Shown in pieces: positions 42,185 to 51,501 of a stretch of DNA of 64,000 nt. A program made the position numbers and the translations under genes. Where the stretch lies: contig CAVSRI010000031.1 in assembly GCA_963730275.1 (NCBI GenBank), forward strand, positions 85,900-149,899. Reading direction: 5' to 3'. The stretch is from an uncultured delta proteobacterium. GTDB taxonomy: Bacteria; Desulfobacterota; Syntrophia; Syntrophales; Smithellaceae. The notes under the pieces are model-generated. The model had not been told where the DNA came from. It did no database searches and saw only the letters and a program-made list of their open reading frames with translations. Numbering within the stretch: the stretch's first letter is position 1; each line of letters begins with the position of its first letter.

Positions 42185-42379
42185 TTAGATATAATTGAGT
42201 ATAATATCAAGTGCTTATAATGGAAAATTGGGCGAAGTAAAAATCAAAATTTAAAGCAACGATTCCGTATGCGTTTACATGATTACCATATCATAGAAGC
42301 TTGGTTTTGCTTCTTGATCTTGGTTGAATATCAGTTGAATAGCATGGAGTAAAGAAATGAAAGTTACATGGAGTGAAAA

Positions 42380-42832
42380 ATGATTACTGCTAAAACAGGA
42401 AAAAAACAGCGTGGGAAGCCTTTCTCGAAGGGGAAAAGTGGTAATCCAGCCGGACGTCCACAAGGGAGCAGGAACAAAGCTACCTTGGCTGCTTTGAACT
42501 TATTGGAAGGCGAAGCTGAGAAGTTGACACGTAAGGCTGTTAGCCTTGCCTTAAAAGGCGATACTACAGCATTGAAACTATGTATTAGCCGTCTTATTCC
42601 TCCGTGCCACGAACGGCCTTTGGAGATGAACTTGCCGGCAATTTTGAATGCTGAGGATTTGCCAAAATTAACCGCTGCTTTACTTGAAGCAGTTGGCCAA
42701 GGAAAAATAACACCCAGCGAAGCTTCGACTCTTTCCACGCTAGTCACAGCCCATGCTAGAAGTCTTGAGATGATGGATTTTGAGAAGCGCTTGGCCGCTC
42801 TGGAAGCTATTAAGGACAAGGGAGGAAATTAA
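42380..42832 (+). CDS. DUF5681-type protein (phage/plasmid-associated)
   Basis: F.KG.SGNPAGRP.GSRNK motif near the N-terminus. RBS ggagtg. Confidence 0.6.
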   Translation: MITAKTGKKQRGKPFSKGKSGNPAGRPQGSRNKATLAALNLLEGEAEKLTRKAVSLALKGDTTALKLCISRLIPPCHERPLEMNLPAILNAEDLPKLTAALLEAVGQGKITPSEASTLSTLVTAHARSLEMMDFEKRLAALEAIKDKGGN

Positions 42833-42836
42833 GACA

Positions 42837-43109
42837 ATGAATAAGAATACAAAAAAACGATTAACCGAACTGGAAAGCCAGAAAGTAATAGAGTCACAGT
42901 CACTTTTTCTAATTATGGATTTCGGTGGCAAAGATGAAGATGCAAAAGTAAATGTTTACTCGCGCCATTCAATGGGAAATGACAGCCCTAAAGTAAGACA
43001 GCAGCCTGATGAAGATGCTGACAAGTTTTTTGAGCGAGCCAAAAAAGAGCTTTATGGTGAGGACGCAGAAAAACCTGGCGTCAAACTTATGATCGGTTGG
43101 TGTGAATAG
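42837..43109 (+). CDS. Small acidic protein, unknown
   Basis: ATG 42837 preceded by RBS ggagga. 90 aa. Confidence 0.45.
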   Translation: MNKNTKKRLTELESQKVIESQSLFLIMDFGGKDEDAKVNVYSRHSMGNDSPKVRQQPDEDADKFFERAKKELYGEDAEKPGVKLMIGWCE

Positions 43110-43524
43110 CGAAACGTTCAAATCAAAAGATTTTGGTTTACCCAATTACTACCGTTTTTTTGTTCCTTTTGATGAGCTCAATACGGAATTCAACAGACAG
43201 GTTTCCAGCCAGAGCTTTTTGAAGTCCAGAAACAAAGGCCAAATTGGGGGTAGGAACTGCGTTTATTTATACCGTCTTTTGCCAAAAAAGCTCATATAGA
43301 GGCAGTTTTTTCAGTCGATTCCCTGTTATTAAAAAAGCCCTTATGGCGAAAAAATGCAAAAAATCGTTTTAATCGGGCAAAATAGATTAATATATTAATA
43401 ATTACAATATGTTATGCATTTTCAGGCATGACTAAATATTAATAACAATTAATAACAAATTATAATATATTATAATATAACAAAATATAATAATAAAAAG
43501 TCCACATTAAACTGAATTGATTAA

Positions 43525-43752
43525 CGCAAGGATGCTTACGGTGAACTTGGCGAATATCAGCGTGCCATTGAGGACTATAACGAGGCCATACGCCTGAAAC
43601 CGGATTATGCTGTGCCCTACAACAACCGAGGGAATGCTTATTTAAAGCAGGACAACAAAAACCTTGGCTGCCCTGATGTGCAAAAGGTGTGGGCATTGGG
43701 AAACTGTAAAGCGTTAAAACGGGTAAAAGGTAAGGATGACTGCCTTGATTGA
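43525..43752 (+). pseudogene. 5'-truncated TPR-repeat gene fragment
   Basis: Open frame without a start: ...GEYQRAIEDYNEAIRLKPDYAVPYNNRGNAYLKQ... (canonical TPR), ending GC.D..K...LGNC...*. It begins right after an AT-only low-complexity tract. Confidence 0.65.
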
Positions 43753-43821
43753 GATTTGTCTTGTAAGAAAGGATAGCCCAATTTATTTACTTCTGCATAT
43801 TAATTGTTGGAGGACATAATT

Positions 43822-44460
43822 ATGGCAAAACAAACGGTCAAAGAATTTAAAGAAGAACTGTATAAACTTTTCGATCAACGTGTCTACTGGCTCGTCAACT
43901 CAATTGGAGGGAAGAAGCTTGGTAAGCCACCAAAATTCACTAGCAAAACGGTCTCAAAAACTATAGCAAACTTGCAGAAAATTGCATTAAAAAGTATCAC
44001 TGACACACTCGCAAAAAAAGAATTTGGTAAGCTTGCTGAAAAGAGGAAACAATGGCATTTAAAGAATAAGGGCTGGGGAATAGAAAAAAAGAAACAGAAC
44101 TTTGAAGTTTGGTACACCAAGAATATCCCATATCGAAATTGCATTTATATTTTTTGGAGCAGTAAAAATGGGAAACATACATGTCTTTATGTTGGAAAAA
44201 CAGAAAGAGGAAAAGGTAGACCACAAAATCATTTTGATAAACGCTGGTTTGGTTCAGTCACAAGAATTGATATATATTCTGTGCCATCTGCTTCTCAAGT
44301 GATGAAACTGGAGTGTTTAGCAATACATCGGTTCAATCCGAAAGTGAATAAAAACAAAGCGCCAGAAAAAAAATGGTACAAAAAATGTCCCGTTTGCGAG
44401 GTGCTCTCACTTATAAATGGCGAACTCAGAAGCATCTTTTCATTAAAAAAGAAAAGATAG
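43822..44460 (+). CDS. GIY-YIG nuclease-domain protein with basic N-terminal extension
   Basis: CIYIFW...CLYVGKT...R...H....W...E..AI..F.P..N spacing of the GIY-YIG core. C-terminal CPVC. RBS ggagga before ATG 43822. Confidence 0.6.
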   Translation: MAKQTVKEFKEELYKLFDQRVYWLVNSIGGKKLGKPPKFTSKTVSKTIANLQKIALKSITDTLAKKEFGKLAEKRKQWHLKNKGWGIEKKKQNFEVWYTKNIPYRNCIYIFWSSKNGKHTCLYVGKTERGKGRPQNHFDKRWFGSVTRIDIYSVPSASQVMKLECLAIHRFNPKVNKNKAPEKKWYKKCPVCEVLSLINGELRSIFSLKKKR

Positions 44461-44592
44461 AGTATCCGACAAACGGTTCACAAGAAGTAGTGCATTGACG
44501 GATACGTTTCAAAAAGTTATTCTGTACTCTATTGAGTAAGAACATCAAAGGTCAACTTAAATCTGATTTAACTACTAATCGGACACCTGCTT

Positions 44593-45174
44593 ATGATTAC
44601 GGATAGAGTTTCCATTATTATTGGCGATAAAAAGTCGCACTATAGTGCGATAAATAAAGCAGTCAGAATTATAAAAGATACATATAATGGTGAATTTAAT
44701 GTCAACGACCTAACGTCTCTTGATTCATTCTCACCTGAGGAAAAAGAACATCTAAGAAATATATTTTCTTATAATATTACTGGAGTAATTGCTTGGGAAC
44801 ACAGCTTCTATTTTCAAGAAGGTATTTGGAAGTACGAAGAATCAGGTTATAATTATGAAAAAGCAATGCGGGATATATTGCAGCTGCTGAATACCAGCAC
44901 GACTTCGATCGGCGAAAAAGTCTACACTAATGATTATCGGCTCATAGAGAACCTCTGGCGTGGCTGGAATAATTTATGGGACGATGAAGTAGAAGAAGTC
45001 CAGGGAAAGAATCGTCTATATGAAGTAAATCCTGATGCTATAGAGTTTATATCTCATAATCTTAAAAGTAGAATCGGTGACTTTTGTATTTTTAATTTTG
45101 AATTTGTTAAAACCTTCATGGAATCATTAAGCGATTATCACGCAAAGCGAGTTTATGATTGTATAATGAAATGA
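44593..45174 (+). CDS. Hypothetical protein (193 aa)
   Basis: Clean ORF, Trp/acidic-rich. No motif recognised. Confidence 0.5.
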   Translation: MITDRVSIIIGDKKSHYSAINKAVRIIKDTYNGEFNVNDLTSLDSFSPEEKEHLRNIFSYNITGVIAWEHSFYFQEGIWKYEESGYNYEKAMRDILQLLNTSTTSIGEKVYTNDYRLIENLWRGWNNLWDDEVEEVQGKNRLYEVNPDAIEFISHNLKSRIGDFCIFNFEFVKTFMESLSDYHAKRVYDCIMK

Positions 45175-45250
45175 AAGAATCACGGTCATAATTCTTGATA
45201 ACAAATCCATCCTGGTCTGTGTGATAATGACTTTTATTGGATAGGATAAA

Positions 45251-45667
45251 TTGTTCTTAGATATTTTATCTTTTTATGTTATTTTATTCGCAGTGAAAAC
45301 ATATAAACCAACCCAAATATTGATTGCGGCTGAGAAGGAAGAAAGTATTGGTACTGCACTTGCCGAGGCCTTAATGAGTGCCGGGTTTAATGCAACAATT
45401 GTTGATAAGTCTGACAGTCTGTTTTATGAATTGAGAGGAGGATCTTATTCTGTTCTTATTCTCACAAACAATACTCTATCACCCGAAGAAATTATTCAGA
45501 TGACCATCCAGATTAGATACTTTCACAAAAACATCAAAATTATTGTACTGTCGGGCTGGGTCGATGATGGATTCCCCGAAAGACTCATGAAGCTTGGTGC
45601 TTCTAAATTCTTTGCGTTACCAGTCAATTTAGAAGAACTAACAAAATACATTCAGAATATAATATAA
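45251..45667 (+). CDS. Degenerate receiver (pseudo-REC) domain protein
   Basis: CheY-like alternation (ILIAAEKEE ... VLILTNN ... IIVLSGW ... ASKFFALPV), but the acidic pocket, the phospho-acceptor Asp and the conserved Lys are replaced. Start uncertain (TTG). Confidence 0.45.
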   Translation: MFLDILSFYVILFAVKTYKPTQILIAAEKEESIGTALAEALMSAGFNATIVDKSDSLFYELRGGSYSVLILTNNTLSPEEIIQMTIQIRYFHKNIKIIVLSGWVDDGFPERLMKLGASKFFALPVNLEELTKYIQNII

Positions 45668-45773
45668 GAAATGGGGAAGTTCGCAATAATTATCTAAAAA
45701 AATAGAAAGGCTGAAACATTTTCGCTGAGAATCACTTTGTCCTTTTAATCAGACATTAATTTTTACGTCTATG

Positions 45774-45872
45774 AGGAAGTTGCCGATAAAAAAGTTCCAT
45801 TAAAAATTTCAAGATCGCTATCCGCTGGAACCATTACCTATAGCAAGTTCTGTCTAATTAATATTAACTTTT
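45774..45872 (+). repeat. Direct repeat copy A flanking the membrane-protein gene
   Basis: Hand alignment with 46728-46824 gives 16 differences in about 98 positions. Ends in ctaattaatattaac, which contains the 10-nt palindrome ttaatattaa. Confidence 0.8.
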
Positions 45873-45978
45873 ATTAAAAACTGAATATACAACGCATTAT
45901 TTCGTTGCTTTCACCTACAAGTCCTCAGTTTTTGATAACGTATAGAATTGAGGATTACCACTCGAAAGAGAGTAATAA

Positions 45979-46701
45979 TTAAACTAAATAGTTTAAAAAA
46001 TATGCAAAGATGGAATACAATAAAATACTTGAAAATATTGAACACCACAACAGAACAGCAGTAAGAGCAAATTTACTTCCTGCCCATTTTTCAAACATTT
46101 TTTTATCCTTAAAAGTAATATAAAGGTAAATAACGGTATTAATTAGTATCGTTATTAATCCCCCCACAAAAAACATTTTTACAGTTTTAAAAAAACGACA
46201 ACCGAGAGCGCCAAGAAATGGTATTATAAAGAGTGCGAATGTTAGCAGTATGTCTTTTCTTTTAACTTTCATTCTAAATTTTTCAGAAAGAAGTAATGTT
46301 TCACCCCCCAGATTTTTTATTTTCAAATTCTTTTCTTCAATAATTATAACAAATACTATAATACCTAGTATCATAAAGGTCGTAAAAAAGTCAGCTATTG
46401 AATTTCCCAATTTGTCAATAGCTAAACAGTATACCCCGGAATAAGTTTTATATGGTGAAAAACCATGTATCCCTCCATTAAATATTTCACTTATATTTTT
46501 ATGAATTAGCTCTGCATATTTTTGAGCAAGAATAAAATTCAAGATACTATTAAACAAAGGTATTATCGCTACTAGTAAAACGAAAATGACGTAGAGAGGC
46601 TTCATTTTTGATGAACTAATATTTTTCATGTAAATAACAATAGATTGATATAAAATAATTGTCAATGAAATGTTGATTACCACTTGAAAGGAAGTAAGCA
46701 A
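45979..46701 (-). CDS. Polytopic membrane protein, unknown
   Basis: 240 aa, 6-7 hydrophobic helices, very AT-rich. Lies exactly between the two direct repeats. Confidence 0.55.
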   Translation of the reverse strand: MLTSFQVVINISLTIILYQSIVIYMKNISSSKMKPLYVIFVLLVAIIPLFNSILNFILAQKYAELIHKNISEIFNGGIHGFSPYKTYSGVYCLAIDKLGNSIADFFTTFMILGIIVFVIIIEEKNLKIKNLGGETLLLSEKFRMKVKRKDILLTFALFIIPFLGALGCRFFKTVKMFFVGGLITILINTVIYLYITFKDKKMFEKWAGSKFALTAVLLWCSIFSSILLYSIFAYFLNYLV

Positions 46702-46727
46702 ACCAAAATTGCCGGATGCTTGACTTC

Positions 46728-46824
46728 AGGAAGTTGTCAATAAAAAGTTCTCTTAACAATTTCAAAATCGCCACCCGCTGGAATCGTTGCCTATATTAAG
46801 TTCCTTCTAATTAATATTAACTTT
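46728..46824 (+). repeat. Direct repeat copy B
   Basis: See copy A. It is followed by a second gttaatattaac core at about 46833-46845. Confidence 0.8.
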
Positions 46825-46978
46825 ATGTTATTAGTTAATATTAACAAATCATCATTTAACCTAATAATTTTAATAATTTATAATAAATTCGCAAGTTTGG
46901 AAAAATATTTATTTAATTTTTACTCTAAGTATTATATAATAATCATAAATATACTTAATATTGGAAAAGGTAACGTAT

Positions 46979-47599
46979 ATGGCAATAACTATCAGCAAAA
47001 AACAAAGCAATCCCAACCATCCGGCAAAAGGTTCATCTACGATTGTTGAACCGATCAGGAATGAGAGTGATATTAAGGCCATCAGAAAACTACTTTCTGA
47101 CAATACCCGCAATCACCTGCTCTTTGTCATGGGGATTAATAATGGCTTACGGGTTGGAGATTTACTGAAACTAAAGATTAAAGATGTAAAGCATATGAAA
47201 CCCGGCGACAGTATCAATATCAAGGAAGGGAAAACAGGCAAGCAAAATATCCTGGTCATAAATAAGACCGTTCATAAGGTACTGACGCAATATCTGACGG
47301 AGGAACAGCATTCAGATGATGAATATCTCTTCAAGAGCAAAAAAGGAGATCATCCATTAACGGTTCAGGCCGTCAACGCCTATATCAAGAATTGGACTTC
47401 TACGATAAATCTCAGAGGCAACTATGGGGCTCATTCTTTGAGAAAGACGTGGGGGTATATTCAACGGACAAATTATGGTGTTGGTTTTGAAGTGATCTGC
47501 AAGAGATTCAATCATCAGAGTCCTGCTGTTACCATGCGGTATCTCGGTATTACCGATAAGGAAGTCCAAAACATTCTGACGAATAACGAAATTGGATGA
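46979..47599 (+). CDS. Minimal tyrosine recombinase (catalytic domain only)
   Basis: GLRVGDL (Arg I), HSLRKT (His-x-x-Arg), NHQSPAVTMRYL (catalytic Tyr). About 205 aa with no N-terminal core-binding domain. An alternative TTG start is at 46961. Confidence 0.75.
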   Translation: MAITISKKQSNPNHPAKGSSTIVEPIRNESDIKAIRKLLSDNTRNHLLFVMGINNGLRVGDLLKLKIKDVKHMKPGDSINIKEGKTGKQNILVINKTVHKVLTQYLTEEQHSDDEYLFKSKKGDHPLTVQAVNAYIKNWTSTINLRGNYGAHSLRKTWGYIQRTNYGVGFEVICKRFNHQSPAVTMRYLGITDKEVQNILTNNEIG

Positions 47600-47661
47600 A
47601 AAATATTTTTTTCAAAATTGCTTAAAGTAGGTTATAATATATATGAAAGGAGGAGAAATAC

Positions 47662-49531
47662 GTGCGTCCCAAGGCATATTCTTATATTCGCTTTAGCACT
47701 CCAGAACAGTGCAAAGGTGATTCCTTACGCCGTCAGACCGAGTTTTCAGAGCACTACGCAGCAGCACATGGGTTTGTGTTAGACAATAGTTTGAGACTTC
47801 AAGACCTAGGAGTAAGTGCTTATTCCGGTGAGCATCGAAGCGAAAAAGGTGCGCTTGGACAATTCTTGAAGTTGGTAGAAGCGGGGAAGATCGAAAAAGG
47901 ATCGGTATTGTTGGTTGAAAACTTCGATCGCCTGTCAAGACAGGAAATCACTATAGCACTGCAACAGTTTCTTGATATTATCAACAGAGGCATAAAAATA
48001 GTGACTCTGATTGATAACCGGGAATACACAGAGGAAACCGTCGACGCCAATGTTGGAGAACTCATTGTTTCCTTGACGATCATGTCCCGCGCTCATGAGG
48101 AATCTGCTACTAAATCTAGACGCTTAACGAAGGCCTGGGAAGGAAAACGCAAACAAGCAAGCACGATGAAGCTTACTGCGCGCTGTCCGGCATGGCTTAA
48201 ACTCAACAAGGCTAAAACTCAATTCGACATCATTGAAGACCGCGAAAAAACTATTTGTCACATATTCAATATGAAGCTTGCTGGGAAGGGCGCTATAACG
48301 ATTGTTAAAGAATTGAACAGCACGCCGGGAATTTGGAAGCCGGGAAACTCAAACAAAAGAAAACACGGTGAAGGCTGGAGGGAGAGTTATGTTAAAAAAA
48401 TTCTTCAGAGCCGATCAGTTATCGGCGAATTTCAGCCACATCGATTATTGAAAGGAAAGCGGGAACCAATCGGAGAGTCAATTCCTGATTATTTCCCGGC
48501 AGTGATTGATAAAGATGTATTCTATCGGGTTCAAGAACAATTCCGACAAAATAATCATAAGGGCGGCAGAACCGGCAAGATTAGTAATCTGTTCAGTTAT
48601 ATTGCAAAGTGCGGTTACTGCGGTAGTTCTATGGCTTTTATTAATAAAGGGCCTGCACCGAAGGGAGGGCAATATCTAGTTTGTGACCGGGCCAGAAGGA
48701 AAGAGTATCGATTGTTGCAGCTTCTCCATCAGATATGATGAGTTTGAACATTTAATTCTGACGCATTGCAAAGGCCTTCGACCAAAAGACATTTTAACCG
48801 AGAATGACAACACGGCCATAACCATTTTGAAAGGTGAGCTAGATGGCAAAGAAGGTGAATTAAACTCTATCACCACAGAGATTGAAAATATTGCAGATAG
48901 TGTTTCCACGACCCCAGACAAGAGAGTCCGCGTAATGCTGGAAAAACGGATGGCGGAAAAGTTTGACAAACGAGATTCTTTGAAGCAACAAATGAATCAC
49001 ATAAAACAGCAAATTGACACTTTATCCCGATCTTTTGAAGACACACAATTAACGTTGGACTCATTGAAGGAATTGCTGGCTTTTCTAAATATCGCTGAAA
49101 CAAAGAAGTTGGTAGACGCGCGGCTCAAGCTGCGAAATGAGATCCGCAAGCTAATCAGCAGGATTGATGTTTACCCCGTAGGTCACGTACATTATACGAT
49201 TGAAACCGCTAAACAAGCATTGAAGGATATGTTAATGGTTATTTCAGAAGACGAAGACCCTAAAGGCTATGCGTGGCTAAAGGAAATTTTACGACGACGA
49301 GTTGAAAGCCCTAAGGATTTTCGTTATTTCAGTATCGAGTTTATATCTGGCAGTATACGAACTATTCATCCAGAGAGAAAATTGCCACTTGGAATGGATT
49401 TTGATAAAGAAGAAAAGGTTCTACGAATTTGGAATGAAATGCAAAATGGAAAAATAATTTGTGAAGAATTTTTAGACGACGGTTATCATAAAAGAGAGGT
49501 TGAAAGATCGGATCATTTAAATAGGATATAA
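47662..49531 (+). CDS. Large serine recombinase, split by one frameshift
   Basis: Resolvase domain with YIRFSTPEQ catalytic Ser, recombinase domain, zinc ribbon CGYCG...YLVC...CC, long coiled-coil tail. ORFs 47662-48738 and 48683-49531 overlap. The stop codon lies inside the right att arm. Confidence 0.85.
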
Positions 49532-49546
49532 TATGAGCACATTGTG
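49525..49546. other. Right att junction (element/comM)
   Basis: gatataatatgAGcacattgtgg; the element arm atataatatg occupies 49526-49535. Confidence 0.7.
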
Positions 49547-50189
49547 GCCTCCCGGCCGCCGCAATTTCCAACGCTCTCAAAGCTTGCTTCTGTCCTTTAA
49601 TTTCATTAAAATCGACTTCATATTGACGTGTTTTCTGAAAAATTTTACTTACGTCCAAAGAAAGCGGCTCAATATTGTTTCGTCCGTTAAAAAATTCCAC
49701 AACATCCGGCAATGTTTTGACCGGGAAAACATTGATTCCTTCTACCATAGCTGCTTCTGCAGCATTTTCTTCCGGAACGAAAACCGACTTGATGCCTATT
49801 TCTTTTGCTTTAAAGGCAGCGGTTAGCACGCCGCTTACTCCTTTAATACTGCCGTCCAGCGACAATTCTCCGATGAAAAAACAATCATGCAAAGCAGTTT
49901 CTTTAATCAATTCTTCCGCGGCCAAAATACCTACAGCGATGGGAAGATCAAACCCAGTTCCTTCTTTTTTAATGTCAGCTGGAGCTAAATTTACGATTAC
50001 ATGACTGCGGGGAAAACGGTAACCGGAGTTCTTTATGGCGGCTTTAATTCGATCCCTGCTTTCTTTGACCGAGGCATCGGGCAGTCCAACAGTGGCAAAT
50101 TGAGGCAACCCCTGGGATATGTCTACTTCCACGGACACAGGGTATGATTCCATACCGATAACGCTCATGCTAAATACTTTAACGAACAC
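49536..50189 (-). pseudogene. comM: comM 5' part
   Basis: MFVKVFS...Lon-protease-like N-domain...KQALRALEIAAAG, then GGHNV in a shifted frame (1-nt discrepancy in C-run 49551-49553). The ORF then reads on into the element. Confidence 0.9.
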
Positions 50190-50360
50190 TAATATTCTCC
50201 AGCTTCAATTTTGTCAAAAATACTAGCGAATCGCGATATTTATATCAAGTTTTTTAATTTAATAAAAAATGTTAGACTTTCTTGACTCATTAATTACCCT
50301 ATGTTAGAGTTCGCCAAAATCAATTAGTTCAATAATTAATTCCTGAGTTCATTAATTGCC

Positions 50361-50867
50361 ATGCGAAAATTATCCCATGTAAATAGAAAAGGGCAAGTCC
50401 AAATGGTGGATATCACAGCTAAGGCCCAGACGCTTCGCCAAGCGAAAGCTGCGGGAATTGTCCAGATGGATATCCGGACTTTGGAATTAATTGAAAAAGG
50501 TCAAATTGCTAAAGGAAATGTTTTAACAACGGCAAAGATTGCGGGCATTATGGCGGCAAAAAAAACTGGAGAACTTATCCCTCTTTGTCATCCGCTGGAG
50601 GTGACCGCGATAGAAGTAAATTTAGAAATTGACCGCAATAAATCTCAAATCATTATTCAATCGGAAGTAAAAAATATGGGCAGAACAGGCGTGGAAATGG
50701 AAGCTCTCACCGCGGTGAGTATAGCAGCCCTGACTATTTACGATATGTGCAAGGCGGTCGATAAGAAAATAATTATAGGAAATATCATACTTCTGGAAAA
50801 AAGTGGCGGTAAAAGCGGCACTTTTATCAGAAAGAAAAATAACGCCATTCAAGAAAATCTTATTTAA
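50361..50867 (+). CDS. moaC: Cyclic pyranopterin monophosphate synthase
   Basis: LSHVN..G...MVD...K, IPLCHPL and GVEMEALTA blocks. Confidence 0.9.
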   Translation: MRKLSHVNRKGQVQMVDITAKAQTLRQAKAAGIVQMDIRTLELIEKGQIAKGNVLTTAKIAGIMAAKKTGELIPLCHPLEVTAIEVNLEIDRNKSQIIIQSEVKNMGRTGVEMEALTAVSIAALTIYDMCKAVDKKIIIGNIILLEKSGGKSGTFIRKKNNAIQENLI

Positions 50868-50907
50868 GAATGGATTAACTAATAAAATTATGTTGGGCAA
50901 ATAATAA

Positions 50908-51423
50908 ATGGAACAAAATATTTTCAAAGCTAGGCGGGCCTTTCTTATACCGTTAACGGCAATAATTGTCCTTCTGTTTCTGTTGCTGTTTATCAGTTTA
51001 TTCAAAGGACAAATGTGGGAAAGAATAGTTCTGGCGTGTTTTTTTATCAGTTCTTTATTGATCGGCATTGAGACAGCAAGGAGAGAAATTGTCGTAACCG
51101 AAGAAGGCTTGCAATTAAAAAAGTTTTTCCGGGTTAAAAATTTTTTTTGGCGGGAAATCACCCATTTGGGAATTGTTGAACTGCGGCATAAAGCCTATTT
51201 TTTATTAACAACGACCAAAGGTTTTTATTTTTTTTCCAATATATTGGGAAACCACTCTTTACTTGTTCGTTCTCTTGCGGATAAGCTGGGAGCAGAAAAG
51301 GTGGAAATAGAAGTAAAAAATTATTTAAATCATCCTGTTGAGCGGCTTTCTTTGATTGTTATGAGTTGGATTGCGGTATTGATCATTATTGCTGTTATAA
51401 TTTTAAAATTTTCGCCAGCTTAA
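50908..51423 (+). CDS. Membrane protein, unknown (possible bacterial PH-like domain between helices)
   Basis: 171 aa, two N-terminal and one C-terminal hydrophobic helices. Confidence 0.5.
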   Translation: MEQNIFKARRAFLIPLTAIIVLLFLLLFISLFKGQMWERIVLACFFISSLLIGIETARREIVVTEEGLQLKKFFRVKNFFWREITHLGIVELRHKAYFLLTTTKGFYFFSNILGNHSLLVRSLADKLGAEKVEIEVKNYLNHPVERLSLIVMSWIAVLIIIAVIILKFSPA

Positions 51424-51501
51424 ATTTAAAAAGAGCATATTGAGAAACACACGTTTTTAATTCCTGATTAAATCTTGTCCGGAAGGGGGGACTTCAAAAA
51501 A

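Larger units (their letters stand above)
40611..49537. mobile_element. Integrative element of about 8.9 kb inserted in comM (serine-recombinase type)
   Basis: It interrupts comM. Junctions share AGCA (40609-40612 and 49536-49539). The recombinase gene lies at the right end. Sampled lines give 23-27% GC versus 47% in flanking comM. Confidence 0.85.

Noticed and set aside
42364-42819. A 151-aa minus-strand ORF opposite the DUF5681-type gene
   Set aside because: The + strand ORF has an RBS, the GNPAGRP motif and is co-directional with its neighbours. The minus ORF is Ser/Ala-rich with no start context.
43460-43696. The 78-aa minus-strand ORF in the comM element
   Set aside because: It lies antisense to a + strand frame with an unmistakable TPR consensus (AIEDYNEAIRLKPDYAVPYNNRGNAY).
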